From the NCBI GenBank assembly GCA_044341025.1, contig JBIISM010000003.1:117105-181104 (forward strand): a stretch of 64,000 nt of DNA, given 5' to 3'. Source of the DNA: Bacteroidia bacterium. Lineage in GTDB: Bacteria; Bacteroidota; Bacteroidia; NS11-12g; UBA955. The notes beneath the pieces were generated by a model. The model was given only the letters and a program-made list of their open reading frames with translations. It was not told where the DNA came from and did no database searches. Numbering within the stretch: position 1 is the stretch's first letter; the number at the start of each line of letters is the position of its first letter. Of the stretch, positions 1 to 9,177 are shown one piece after another. The position numbers and the translations under genes are program-made.

Positions 1-879
1 ATTGTTTCCTGCGTATTTAACAGCATTTTGAAACAGATTACTAAAAACCAATTTTAAAGAAATTTCATCTCCTAATATGCGCGTTTCTTGTTCATGGAAA
101 ATAAATTGGCCTGTAAAATTTGGTTGGCATAAAACCAAATCTGCAGTCTTGTGAATCAATTCTGTCAAGTCTATCATCGACATGTTGTAATTGTAACTTT
201 TGCCATCAATTCTGGTCGCTAACAATACATTGTCCAACAATTCATTTAGTCGGTCTGAGTTGTTGACGATTTGCTGTATTAAGGTTCCTTGAATTTCAGC
301 ATCAATTTTTCTATGCTGCAGGGTTTGAGAACTTAACTTAATAGCAGTTAATGGCGTCTTCAATTCATGGGTTACAGACAATAAAAAATTGTTCTGCATT
401 TTGTTTAGATTTAACAATGACTCTAATTTTCCGAACACCCATAGCACGCCTGAAATGACTAAAATGGTAAAGAATATAACTTCTGAATAAAAAGCCCTTT
501 GTTTCTTAATAAAGGTTTTTTGGATGGCTTTAAATTCTTCAGGGGAAATATCTATTTTTAGTAAATTGTATAAATTTCCATTGCTGTCAACGAGCGACAA
601 ACTGGTCTTTATATTATACCTATTATTTAGGTTTTGGTGCAATGAATTAATTTCCTTTACATGCTTTTTATAAATAGAGTATGGAGATTGGGTCTCACTG
701 GCTTGTAACTTATCTATGTATTCATTTATCTGATTGTGTATGACAAATGAATTTAACTTCAAATTGTTGGATTCCAATTTGTACTCCTTTTCTGTATAAT
801 TAATGAATGAATACAACCACCAGCCGAAAACCGCGATGATGTATACAATTACAAAAACAAGAAATAGTCTTAACTTCAA
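1..879 (-). CDS. Sensor histidine kinase, partial; the C-terminal HATPase part runs past the window start. N-terminal TM segment plus a HisKA H-box
   Basis: The minus-strand translation reads ...LSVTHELKTPLTAIKLSSQTLQH..., a classic H-box, upstream of a hydrophobic N-terminus (LFLVFVIVYIIAVFGWWLY). The ORF is open to position 1. The start is uncertain; a TTG near 879 is the best candidate and there is no in-frame ATG. Confidence 0.6.
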   Translation of the reverse strand, partial: MKLRLFLVFVIVYIIAVFGWWLYSFINYTEKEYKLESNNLKLNSFVIHNQINEYIDKLQASETQSPYSIYKKHVKEINSLHQNLNNRYNIKTSLSLVDSNGNLYNLLKIDISPEEFKAIQKTFIKKQRAFYSEVIFFTILVISGVLWVFGKLESLLNLNKMQNNFLLSVTHELKTPLTAIKLSSQTLQHRKIDAEIQGTLIQQIVNNSDRLNELLDNVLLATRIDGKSYNYNMSMIDLTELIHKTADLVLCQPNFTGQFIFHEQETRILGDEISLKLVFSNLFQNAVKYAGNN

Positions 880-930
880 AATCAGATTATATTTGTGAGC
901 TACAAAATTAAGGCATTTCAAACATCTCAG

Positions 931-1161
931 ATGGAAGCAAAATATACTTTACAACAATTGGCACTAAGAAATGGGCAAGACAAACCAGAAATTTGGGTTG
1001 CCTATTTGGGCAAAATTTACGACGTTACAGAAAGTCGACTTTGGCGCAATGGCAAGCATTACGAGCACTGGGCAGGGCAAGATTTAAGTGCAGAACTTAA
1101 AGATGCACCCCATACTGAAACCGTATTCCAGAAATTTAAGCAAGTGGGTATTTTAATCTAA
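931..1161 (+). CDS. Cytochrome b5-like heme/steroid-binding domain protein (COG4892-like). The ORF track starts it at GTG 895; the ATG at 931 is more plausible
   Basis: The 76-aa product reads ...TLQQLALRNGQDKPEIWVAYLGKIYDVTESRLWRNGKHYEHWAGQDLSAELKDAPH..., which matches the pattern of the predicted heme/steroid-binding domain family. It is followed by a strong terminator. Confidence 0.5.
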   Translation: MEAKYTLQQLALRNGQDKPEIWVAYLGKIYDVTESRLWRNGKHYEHWAGQDLSAELKDAPHTETVFQKFKQVGILI

Positions 1162-1193
1162 TTATGACAGTATTTTTACATTAAAACATCTGC

Positions 1194-1230
1194 AAAAGAA
1201 AACGGGTTCCAATTGGAACCCGTTTTTTAT
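1194..1230. terminator. Bidirectional rho-independent terminator between the cyt-b5-like gene (+) and ald (-)
   Basis: A-run, then aacgggttcc-aatt-ggaacccgtt (a perfect 10-bp stem), then tttttat. A-tract on the left and T-tract on the right. Confidence 0.75.
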
Positions 1231-1268
1231 TGTCATTTCTAAAAGAAATGCATGTGGGAAATTGTCAA

Positions 1269-2381
1269 TTATAACACTTGCTCTACCGGAGTGTATGGTA
1301 AGTTGAAAGCATCTGATACACCTTTGTATACCACTTTACCTGCAACAACGTTTAAACCAAGCAATAATTCAGCATTTTGTTTGCATGCTTCTTTCCATCC
1401 TTTGTTTGCCAATTGAATTGCATACGGAAGCGTTGCGTTGGTTAATGCAAGTGTTGATGTACAAGGAACTGCGCCTGGCATGTTGGCCACGCAATAATGA
1501 ATGATTTCATCAATTACATAAGTAGGCTCAGCATGGGTAGTTGCTTTAGTGGTTTCAAAACATCCACCTTGGTCAACTGCAACGTCTACCAATACTGCAC
1601 CTTTTTTCATCAGCTTTAACATGTCTCTAGTGATCAAGTGTGGCGCCTTAGCACCTGGAATCAAAACACCGCCAATAACCAAATCGGCCGTTTTAATTGC
1701 TTGTCTGATGTTGTAACCATTGCTATACAAAGTTTGCACATTTGCAGGCATGATGTCGTCCAATTGTCTTAATCTTGGAATAGAAATATCCATAATGGTA
1801 ACATGAGCCCCTAATCCAGCCGCCATTTTAGCCGCTTGAGTACCTACAATCCCGCCACCCAATACAAGAACATCCGCAGGTTTAACACCTGGTACGCCGC
1901 CTAAAAGAATGCCGCGGCCGCCCATTGGTTTTTCTAAATATTTAGCTCCCTCTTGAATACTCATTCTACCTGCAACCTCACTCATTGGAACCAATAAAGG
2001 CAATGAACGGTCTGCTTTTTCAACAGTTTCATAAGCCAAGCATACAGCTCCGCTTTCAATCATGGCATTGGTTAAAGGTTGGTGAGAAGCAAAGTGGAAA
2101 TAAGTAAACAACAATTGATCTTTCTTAATCAATTTGTATTCGCTTTCAATTGGTTCTTTAACTTTAACAATCATATCAGCAATTGCATATACTTCCTCGA
2201 TTGTTGACATTAACTGGGCACCTGCCTCAATGTATTCCTCATTTGTAAAAGCACTTCCCTCGCCTGCAGCACTTTGCACATACACTGTATGTCCATGTCT
2301 TACAAATTCACTAACACCTGCTGGGGTTACCGCAACACGGTTTTCGTTATTTTTAATTTCTTTTGGAACTCCTATGATCAT
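1269..2381 (-). CDS. ald: Alanine dehydrogenase
   Basis: 370 aa. N-terminus [23 protein letters not shown]... and an NAD-binding [24 protein letters not shown] Rossmann motif, both typical of the AlaDH/PNT family. Length fits Ald. Confidence 0.8.
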   Translation of the reverse strand: MIIGVPKEIKNNENRVAVTPAGVSEFVRHGHTVYVQSAAGEGSAFTNEEYIEAGAQLMSTIEEVYAIADMIVKVKEPIESEYKLIKKDQLLFTYFHFASHQPLTNAMIESGAVCLAYETVEKADRSLPLLVPMSEVAGRMSIQEGAKYLEKPMGGRGILLGGVPGVKPADVLVLGGGIVGTQAAKMAAGLGAHVTIMDISIPRLRQLDDIMPANVQTLYSNGYNIRQAIKTADLVIGGVLIPGAKAPHLITRDMLKLMKKGAVLVDVAVDQGGCFETTKATTHAEPTYVIDEIIHYCVANMPGAVPCTSTLALTNATLPYAIQLANKGWKEACKQNAELLLGLNVVAGKVVYKGVSDAFNLPYTPVEQVL

Positions 2382-2533
2382 ATTCTTATATATTTTAAAA
2401 AAAGTTGTGCAAAAATAGTTAATTCCATTTGTATAGAAAAAAAATGTTTAAAATTGAGGTTTTTAAAAGGTGTTTTATTGATGGTAAATATTGCGTAACA
2501 CAACAATAAGATGCGCATATTCAAAAAAAATAT

Positions 2534-2541
2534 TACATTTG
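2534..2541 (+). promoter_or_regulatory. Candidate Bacteroidota sigma-A -7 element (TAnnTTTG) for the pntAA operon
   Basis: tacatttg lies 8 nt upstream of the pntAA ATG (2549). The same motif-to-start spacing recurs at ruvB, glnN, ftsE and the ORF at 19857. Confidence 0.3.
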
Positions 2542-2548
2542 CCGGTAA

Positions 2549-3649
2549 ATGATCATTGGAACTGTAAAAGAGACCAAAGCCTCTGAAAATCGCGTCGCTT
2601 TGAGTCCCGAAGTAGTAAAAAACCTAATTAAACAAGGATTTGAATGTTGCATCGAAGCAGGTGCAGGTGTTGCTTCAAATTTCTCAGATGCAGCCTACGA
2701 AACTGCAGGAGCAAAAATCATACAAACAGCTAAAGACGTATGCAATCAATCTAATGTTTTGGTAAAAGTAAATGCACCATCAATTGAGGAGATTGCAAAT
2801 CTTAAGGAGGGCTCTGCATTATTATCCTTTATTTACCATTTAAACAATGCAGATTTAATTTCCCAGTTAAATGCCAAGAGAGTAACTGTATTTTCAATGG
2901 ATGCTATACCGCGTATTTCACGTGCTCAAAGCATGGACGCTTTAAGTTCACAAGCAAACCTCGCAGGGTATAAAGCTGTTATACTTGGTGCTCAGCATTC
3001 TGCTAGAATATTCCCAATGCTAATGACGGCGGCAGGAACCATTACGCCTTCTAAAGTTTTAATCTTTGGCGCAGGCGTTGCTGGTTTGCAAGCCATTGGA
3101 ACAGCGAAACGTTTGGGCGCTGTGGTCGAAGTTACTGATATCAGACCTGAAACCAAAGAACAAGTTGAATCTTTAGGAGGTAAATTCATCAGTTTCGATA
3201 CGGGTGAAGTTAAGATTGAAGGTGGATACGTAAAAGAAACAAGCGAAGATACCCTAAAAAAACAAAGAGAAATATTAGGCAAACATTTAGCTGCGGCAGA
3301 TATTGCAATCACCACTGCCTTAATACCAGGCAAAAAAGCCCCAATATTAATTACTGAAGACATGGTTAAAACCATGAAATTAGGAAGTGTTATTGTTGAT
3401 ATGGCTGTAGAACAAGGTGGAAACTGCGAGATAAGTGAAGCTGGAAAAGTGGTAGTTAAACATGGGGTTAAAATTGTAGGTGAGGTTAATTTGCCTTCAC
3501 AATTGGCTCAAAATGCCAGCGAAAGCTACTCTAAAAATATCTATGCTTTCTTAACCCACTTAGCCAATAAAGATGGTTTTAAATGGGAAATGGAAGAAGA
3601 AATAACCAAAGGAACTCTGATTTGCAAAGAAGGAAACTTACTAAAATAA
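2549..3649 (+). CDS. pntA: NAD(P) transhydrogenase subunit alpha, part 1 (soluble dI domain)
   Basis: 366 aa. MIIGTVKETKASENRVALSPEVV... and VLIFGAGVAGLQAIGTAKRLGAVVEVTD. It is a paralog of the adjacent ald. Followed by a small membrane subunit and pntB. Confidence 0.85.
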   Translation: MIIGTVKETKASENRVALSPEVVKNLIKQGFECCIEAGAGVASNFSDAAYETAGAKIIQTAKDVCNQSNVLVKVNAPSIEEIANLKEGSALLSFIYHLNNADLISQLNAKRVTVFSMDAIPRISRAQSMDALSSQANLAGYKAVILGAQHSARIFPMLMTAAGTITPSKVLIFGAGVAGLQAIGTAKRLGAVVEVTDIRPETKEQVESLGGKFISFDTGEVKIEGGYVKETSEDTLKKQREILGKHLAAADIAITTALIPGKKAPILITEDMVKTMKLGSVIVDMAVEQGGNCEISEAGKVVVKHGVKIVGEVNLPSQLAQNASESYSKNIYAFLTHLANKDGFKWEMEEEITKGTLICKEGNLLK

Positions 3650-3668
3650 ACAATACGAATAATTTATA

Positions 3669-3974
3669 ATGGAAGCCATATTAACCTTTATCTCCAACAA
3701 TCAATTAATGATCTATATGGTCGTTCTTATGATTTTTGTTGGAATTGAATTGATCGAAAAAGTACCGTCTGTACTGCATACCCCATTAATGAGTGGCGCC
3801 AATGCAATCCATGGGGTTGTAATTATAGGTGCTATTATTATAATGGGACAAGCTGAAAGCATATTTGCAATTGTCCTTGGTTTTATAGCCGTTGTGCTTG
3901 GAACACTAAACGTTGTTGGTGGTTTTGTTGTTACCGATAGAATGTTGGATATGTTTAAAAAGAAAAAGAAATGA
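3669..3974 (+). CDS. pntA: NAD(P) transhydrogenase subunit alpha, part 2 (membrane dII segment)
   Basis: 101 aa, all-hydrophobic with 3 TM helices. Positioned between pntAA and pntB. Its stop overlaps the pntB start in an ATGA (3971-3974). Confidence 0.75.
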   Translation: MEAILTFISNNQLMIYMVVLMIFVGIELIEKVPSVLHTPLMSGANAIHGVVIIGAIIIMGQAESIFAIVLGFIAVVLGTLNVVGGFVVTDRMLDMFKKKKK

Positions 3975-5377
3975 AACAGTCAATTTTAGATATAATTTAC
4001 ATGATTGGTGCCGTGGGTTTCATATTCGGCATTAAAATGTTGGGCAATCCTGAAAAAGCTAAAAAAGGAAATCTTATCGCTGCCTTTGGTATGGGCTTGG
4101 CTATTTTTGGTACTATATTTTTATACGAGCACAATGGCAAACCTCTGAATAATTACGTTTGGATTTTCGGTGGTCTAATTGTTGGGACAGTTATAGGAAC
4201 AATGATGGCAAAAAAAGTCAAAATGACTGGAATGCCACAAATGGTGTCTTTCTTCAACGGCATGGGTGGTGCTTGTGCAGCTTTAATCTCCTTGGTAGAA
4301 TTTAATCATTTATCACATGAAGGAGATTTCACTCAAGCGCCTGTATTAAAATTAATCATCATTTTCCTAGGCCTTATTATCGGTTCAATATCTTTTGCCG
4401 GCAGTATGATTGCTTTTGGAAAATTAGATGAGAAGATAAAAGATAAAACCCTACCACTTCAACAAGTAATTAATGTTGGACTAATGGTGGTTTTGTTAGG
4501 AATTGCTTTCGCCGCTTCTTTCGGACTTATCTCAAACCCAATGGTTCTATATTTATTATTGGTTTTGTCATTAATTTACGGCGTGCTATTCGTGATGCCA
4601 ATAGGTGGTGCTGATATGCCAGTGGTAATCTCTTTATTAAACTCCTTCACGGGAGTAGCTGCAGCAATGGGCGGATTTTTATACGACAACAAGGTTATGT
4701 TGTTTGGCGGTATCTTAGTTGGTAGCGCTGGTACATTGTTAACGGTTGTAATGTGTAAAGCCATGAACAGATCTTTAACCAATGTTCTGATTGGTAATTT
4801 TGGTGGCGGATCTGCAGCAGCAGGAGAAGGCAAAGAAATAACAGGAAGTGTTAAAGAAATTAGCAAAACAGACGCTGCTGTTTTAATGAAATACAGCAAG
4901 AAAGTGGTTATAGTGCCTGGTTATGGATTGGCTGTAGCACAAGCTCAGCACGTTTGTCATGAACTTGAACAAGTATTAGAAGAGGAAGGTGTTGAGGTAA
5001 AATATGCCATTCACCCGGTTGCTGGTCGTATGCCTGGTCACATGAATGTATTGCTTGCAGAAAGCAATGTGAGCTACGATAAATTAATTGAAATGGACGA
5101 CATCAACCCAGAATTTAAAACAACCGATGTTGTACTAATTGTTGGTGCAAACGACGTTGTTAATCCAGCAGCTAAAAACGATCCAAGTTCTCCAATATAC
5201 GGCATGCCAATTTTAGAAGTAGAAGACGCTGCCCATACTATTGTTATGAAACGCAGTATGAAAGCTGGTTATGCAGGTATAGAAAATGAACTTTTCTACA
5301 GCAGTAAAAATAGCATGTTGTTTGGAGACGCTAAAAAGACCTTAACTGATTTGGTTACTGAACTTAAAAGTTTGTAA
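3971..5377 (+). CDS. pntB: NAD(P) transhydrogenase subunit beta
   Basis: 468 aa. N-terminal multi-TM region and a C-terminal NADP(H)-binding dIII region (...KVVIVPGYGLAVAQAQH...GANDVVNPAA...). Confidence 0.85.
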   Translation: MKQSILDIIYMIGAVGFIFGIKMLGNPEKAKKGNLIAAFGMGLAIFGTIFLYEHNGKPLNNYVWIFGGLIVGTVIGTMMAKKVKMTGMPQMVSFFNGMGGACAALISLVEFNHLSHEGDFTQAPVLKLIIIFLGLIIGSISFAGSMIAFGKLDEKIKDKTLPLQQVINVGLMVVLLGIAFAASFGLISNPMVLYLLLVLSLIYGVLFVMPIGGADMPVVISLLNSFTGVAAAMGGFLYDNKVMLFGGILVGSAGTLLTVVMCKAMNRSLTNVLIGNFGGGSAAAGEGKEITGSVKEISKTDAAVLMKYSKKVVIVPGYGLAVAQAQHVCHELEQVLEEEGVEVKYAIHPVAGRMPGHMNVLLAESNVSYDKLIEMDDINPEFKTTDVVLIVGANDVVNPAAKNDPSSPIYGMPILEVEDAAHTIVMKRSMKAGYAGIENELFYSSKNSMLFGDAKKTLTDLVTELKSL

Positions 5378-5392
5378 CATTTAAGATATTAC

Positions 5393-5428
5393 AAAAAAGG
5401 CCGATACGAAAGTATTGGCTTTTTTTTA
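5393..5428. terminator. Bidirectional rho-independent terminator serving pntB (+) and the convergent STN-repeat outer-membrane gene (-)
   Basis: aaaaaa-ggccgatac-gaaa-gtattggc-tttttttt. An 8-bp stem (one G-U pair) with a GAAA tetraloop, flanked by an A-run and a T-run. Confidence 0.75.
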
Positions 5429-5449
5429 TACAGCATGTTAAAATTCCAT

Positions 5450-7399
5450 TTATAAAAACCTAATCCCGAACTGAAATCCAGAAAACATTTTCTGTGCAAA
5501 TCTTGCTTCATGTGTCCAAAATGCATCAGCTCCAAAGTTTTTAAAATGCTTGCTGTAATTGACATCATTTTTATCATTTAAAAGATGGTTCAATGATCCA
5601 GAAGCAAATATAGACAAACCTTTGATGATTCTGTATTCTAAACCTAGATCAAGTCTGTTGTGCAAATTCAAATGGTCTGAACGAAAGTCTATAGTCATAT
5701 GCCTTGAACTTAATGCAGCATTGATGTAAAAATGCTTGCTTAATTTGATGTTTGAACCTAAACCATACCCATAGGTGATGATGGTTGCCGAATCAGAATT
5801 TAAACTTTGTGTATTGATTAACGCAATGCTGTGCAATTTCTCCATACCAGAGCGGTAAGCCAATCCGTTTTGTTTGGATTCGTTTAAACTAAATTCTATT
5901 TGATGCAGTCCATTTCTAACAAAATTAAAAATACCGAACATAAATCCATTAACCGTATCGGCAATGTTGACTATACCCAATTGCATGCCTTGCACTTTTC
6001 TCGCTATATTTAAAAACCCTGCCACTTGCATGCCTTTAATTTCATTGGCTACATTCATAAATCCAGCCGCCTGAAACAATTGCGATTTTCCGCCACTTGC
6101 ATTCATAAAACCTGCTACTTGAACCCCTTCGGTCCCTTTACTTAAATTCATAAACCCAGCAGCTTGTATGCCATGAATGCGTCTTGTTACATTCATAAAT
6201 CCTGCACCTTGTATGCCTTCCATTTCCATGGTGTTTAAATTCATAAATCCAGCCATTTGTATTCCATGCACAAATCCGTGGTTCATGTTGTAAAAACCTG
6301 CACATTGAATGCCATTCATGCTGCTTAAATTGTGGTTAAAAAACCCTCCAAATTGAGCTCCGTTGACTTCGCCTCCTACAAGGTTACCAAAACCAGAAAA
6401 CTGTGCCCCATGCATGTTTGATTTTAACACATTCAAAAAGCCTCCGAATTCTGCGCCATCCAAACTGCCATTATATCCTCCAATCAAATTAATCGACAAT
6501 TTATTTTGCACCAATCCACTTAAAATACCATTGGTTCCAATACCTGGCAACAAACTAATTTGCCAATCGCGCTGAAATGAATCGCGTATGTTTTTCTCAT
6601 TAAGCTTTTGCACTGTACCCACAAACCATTTCCCCACGCGGGTATCTTCAACTTTAATTTTCTTGCTTACATTATTGGTATCACTCCATGCAATAAGAGT
6701 TTGAGTGCTGCTGTCTGTATTTAAAGTATCTGTAATGATAGGAGAAGCCACGAATGGGCTGTCAGTTTCGGTTTGTAATTCAGAAGGAAAAACAGACTGC
6801 ATACTCATGTGCATTTCTATTAAACCGTTGTTCTGAAATTTCACATTGATCAGAGTATCTCTATAGTCTTTCTTCGTATACTTAACGTAAATGCTTGGTG
6901 ACTTACATACAACGGCCAAACGGTAGTAACCATAATCAGAGGAAACTGTACCAGAAAGCGTTTGCTTTTCATAAATACTACTGCCAACGATTCCGTCTCC
7001 ACTTTGTGAATTTCTAATATACCCAGTAATTAAATAATTGTATTTATTAGACTGGCCTGTTTTATCATCTATCTGAGTGGTTTTAGCTACTGGTTTTTTC
7101 TGTAAAATTAAATGGGTTCCTATTTGTTGGTATACAATCTCATGGTTGAATAGCTGATCTAAAACTTCTCGAACACTGCGGTTTTCAGCCATTATACTTA
7201 CTATTTTATTTCCCTTTAATACATTGCTGTTGTAGGAGAAATGAAAGTTAGCAGTTTCTTCAATAATGCCAAGTGTTCTTGACATGGTCTGCTTAATAAC
7301 CTTGATTGATATTTTTCGCTCTAATATGGCTATATTACTTTGAGCAAAAAGCCCATCGAAATGGCTAAGCAAAGTCAAGCAAATGATTAATAGTCTCAT
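5450..7399 (-). CDS. Outer-membrane protein: signal peptide, STN (secretin/TonB N-terminal) signalling domain, CarbopepD_reg-like domain, ~210-aa tandem G-x-Q-x-A-G-F-x-N repeat region, C-terminal beta-barrel ending in Phe
   Basis: The track ORF 5450..7450 starts at an upstream Met. The signal peptide (MRLLIICLTLLSHFDGLFAQS) begins at the Met at 7399, whose ATG overlaps the FecR stop as ATGA. STN-like N-terminus: NIAILERKISIKVIKQTMSRTLGIIEETANFHFSYN. Then ITGYIRNSQSGDGIVGSSIYEK...YGYYRL, then at least 10 repeats (GIQAAGFMN, GIQMAGFMN, GVQVAGFMN ...). The C-terminus alternates hydrophobic residues and ends ...GFQFGIRFL. Confidence 0.6.
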   Translation of the reverse strand: MRLLIICLTLLSHFDGLFAQSNIAILERKISIKVIKQTMSRTLGIIEETANFHFSYNSNVLKGNKIVSIMAENRSVREVLDQLFNHEIVYQQIGTHLILQKKPVAKTTQIDDKTGQSNKYNYLITGYIRNSQSGDGIVGSSIYEKQTLSGTVSSDYGYYRLAVVCKSPSIYVKYTKKDYRDTLINVKFQNNGLIEMHMSMQSVFPSELQTETDSPFVASPIITDTLNTDSSTQTLIAWSDTNNVSKKIKVEDTRVGKWFVGTVQKLNEKNIRDSFQRDWQISLLPGIGTNGILSGLVQNKLSINLIGGYNGSLDGAEFGGFLNVLKSNMHGAQFSGFGNLVGGEVNGAQFGGFFNHNLSSMNGIQCAGFYNMNHGFVHGIQMAGFMNLNTMEMEGIQGAGFMNVTRRIHGIQAAGFMNLSKGTEGVQVAGFMNASGGKSQLFQAAGFMNVANEIKGMQVAGFLNIARKVQGMQLGIVNIADTVNGFMFGIFNFVRNGLHQIEFSLNESKQNGLAYRSGMEKLHSIALINTQSLNSDSATIITYGYGLGSNIKLSKHFYINAALSSRHMTIDFRSDHLNLHNRLDLGLEYRIIKGLSIFASGSLNHLLNDKNDVNYSKHFKNFGADAFWTHEARFAQKMFSGFQFGIRFL

Positions 7400-8364
7400 G
7401 GTGTACACCCCTTTCCTTCTATTATATAACAATTTTTCTTTTGATCCCAACGCACCTCAACATTCATGGTTGCTTTGATGACTTCCAATACATTCTCCAA
7501 TTTTTCATTTTCAAAATTTGCACTCAGCTTACAGTCTTTTAATTCTTTTGCCAATACAATGGGTCTATCGCTATAATATTGATTCAAACTTTCTACAACT
7601 TCATTCAATGACTGTTCGTTAAAATGTAAGGACTTGCTCACATAAGAAAATGCGTTCTCGTCTTTTATTTCTTCCTCTTTAATAAGATGCGATTGAAACT
7701 GATAATTTACAGCTTGATTGGCCACTAAAATACGTTCTCCATCTTGGCAACTGAATTTTACCTTACCTTCTTTCACTCTAACTTGAATACTTGAAGCAGA
7801 TTTTCGCAATTCAAATTGAGTCCCGAGAACTGTTATCCTTGCTTGTCCTAGCTCAATTACAAATGGTTTAGATGCATCCTTAGCTACTTTAAAAAAGGCA
7901 GTTCCATTTTCCAATACCACGGTGCGCTGCGACTGAATAAATTCTTCTGGAAAAGAGAAATTTCCTTCTCTCAATATGACTTCAGTACCATCTCCCAATT
8001 TGTATTGAATATTTTGTTGCTTGTTGGCACTTAAATGCAGCATTGGTTCTTGTTTATACACATTGAACAAAGCAAGTGAAACACCGAGTAACAATATCAA
8101 AGATGCAGCAGCAAGCCAAACCTTGCTTAGTGGAAATACCTTTGTATTTTTTTCTTGGCTAATTTGCGCATTTACCATGCTCCAAGCTTTGTCGACATCA
8201 ATTTTCCCAAGTGGATTAATGGCTTTCGAATTGCTCCAAATGCGTTCATAATCTCGAAATATTTTTTCATTTTCCTCGGATGAATTTATCCAATTCTGTA
8301 TAAGGGCATTTTCGTGTGCCTCTGTTTCACCGGCTAGGTGCTTTACAATTAATTCTTCGTTCAT
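7396..8364 (-). CDS. FecR-family anti-sigma factor (transmembrane sensor)
   Basis: 322 aa. The N-terminal ~80 aa has the FecR pattern (ELIVKHLAGETEAHENALIQNWINSSEENEKIFRDYERIW). One TM helix (VWLAAASLILLLGVSLALFNVY). Sits directly downstream of an ECF sigma gene. Confidence 0.75.
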   Translation of the reverse strand: MNEELIVKHLAGETEAHENALIQNWINSSEENEKIFRDYERIWSNSKAINPLGKIDVDKAWSMVNAQISQEKNTKVFPLSKVWLAAASLILLLGVSLALFNVYKQEPMLHLSANKQQNIQYKLGDGTEVILREGNFSFPEEFIQSQRTVVLENGTAFFKVAKDASKPFVIELGQARITVLGTQFELRKSASSIQVRVKEGKVKFSCQDGERILVANQAVNYQFQSHLIKEEEIKDENAFSYVSKSLHFNEQSLNEVVESLNQYYSDRPIVLAKELKDCKLSANFENEKLENVLEVIKATMNVEVRWDQKKNCYIIEGKGCTP

Positions 8365-8368
8365 GTTT

Positions 8369-8932
8369 TTACTTTTTGATAAAATAAATAATAACCAGTA
8401 GTATGGTTAAAAAGTCTGACAGATTGTGTCGCATTAACTTCAATGCTTTACCCATTTGGTTTTCTACTGTCTTAATCGAAATATTCAAAACATCTGCAAT
8501 TTCTCTGTACTTTAAATCTTCGAATCTGCTCATACTAAATATCAATTTACATTGCTCTGGCAGTGTATTCAAAGCCTTTTCTATTCGTGTTTCTAGCTCT
8601 TTTAAGCTTTGATTTGACTGTATTTCGTTTTCTTGAATTTGTGACTGCTTCATGTGTAAATATTCCTCCTTAATTTTTTGATGTTTAATGGTGTTTAATG
8701 CTGAATGGTAAACCGATTTATACAGGTAAGATTTTAACGAGGTACTGATATGTATCTTCTCTCTTTTCTCCCACAATTGCACAAACACCAATTGAACAAT
8801 TTCCTCCGATTCATCTGTATCTTTTAACCACATGGAAGCATAACGACAAAGTCCTTCGTAATACTGCTTAAATACGGTTTCAAATTCAGAATGGTTCTTA
8901 AAATAATTCATTGCTTCTGTTTTCTCACACAA
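8369..8932 (-). CDS. RNA polymerase ECF-type sigma-70 factor
   Basis: 187 aa. Region-2-like segment FETVFKQYYEGLCRYASMWLKD...VQLVFVQLWEKRE and a region-4 HTH (LKYREIADVLNISIKTVENQMGKALKLMR). There is a 4-nt gap before the FecR gene. Confidence 0.8.
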   Translation of the reverse strand: MCEKTEAMNYFKNHSEFETVFKQYYEGLCRYASMWLKDTDESEEIVQLVFVQLWEKREKIHISTSLKSYLYKSVYHSALNTIKHQKIKEEYLHMKQSQIQENEIQSNQSLKELETRIEKALNTLPEQCKLIFSMSRFEDLKYREIADVLNISIKTVENQMGKALKLMRHNLSDFLTILLVIIYFIKK

Positions 8933-8940
8933 ATATATTA

Positions 8941-9156
8941 CTATTCTGTTCCATTAAGTTCAATGCGGAATACACTGTCTTCATACAATTCAACATCTGC
9001 TGAAATTGAGAGTGAAATACCCGTAAAGCTGCTGCTCGATCTTGTGTTGCTAACATTATCGCCTTCCCCTTTTATCCAATGTCTGTCTTTGCTGCAAGAA
9101 ACTGCGCTTAACATGATGATGAATAAAATGCTGAAATAAAAAATTACTTGTTTCAT
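8941..9156 (-). CDS. Small hypothetical lipoprotein, 71 aa
   Basis: Signal peptide plus lipobox (MKQVIFYFSILFIIMLSAVSCSKD). Wedged between the TonB receptor and the sigma-factor gene. No recognisable domain. Confidence 0.35.
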   Translation of the reverse strand: MKQVIFYFSILFIIMLSAVSCSKDRHWIKGEGDNVSNTRSSSSFTGISLSISADVELYEDSVFRIELNGTE

Positions 9157-9177
9157 ATATGTTTATTTATTGTTGTG

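Noticed and set aside
2134-4899. Track ORFs 2134..2418, 2274..2498, 2992..3375 and 4576..4899 overlapping ald, pntAA and pntB
   Set aside because: Antisense or shadow ORFs inside well-supported genes, with low-complexity translations.
5389-5577. 62-aa minus-strand ORF spanning the pntB terminator
   Set aside because: It overlaps the terminator hairpin and the 3' end of the STN-repeat gene in another frame. Spurious.
6363-6575. Plus-strand ORFs inside the STN-repeat gene (6363..6575) and inside the TBDT, M1 and other minus-strand genes
   Set aside because: Shadow frames of long minus-strand genes with no independent support. The same holds for the other short ORFs in the track nested inside ftsK, ligA, mutS, the adhesin and similar genes.
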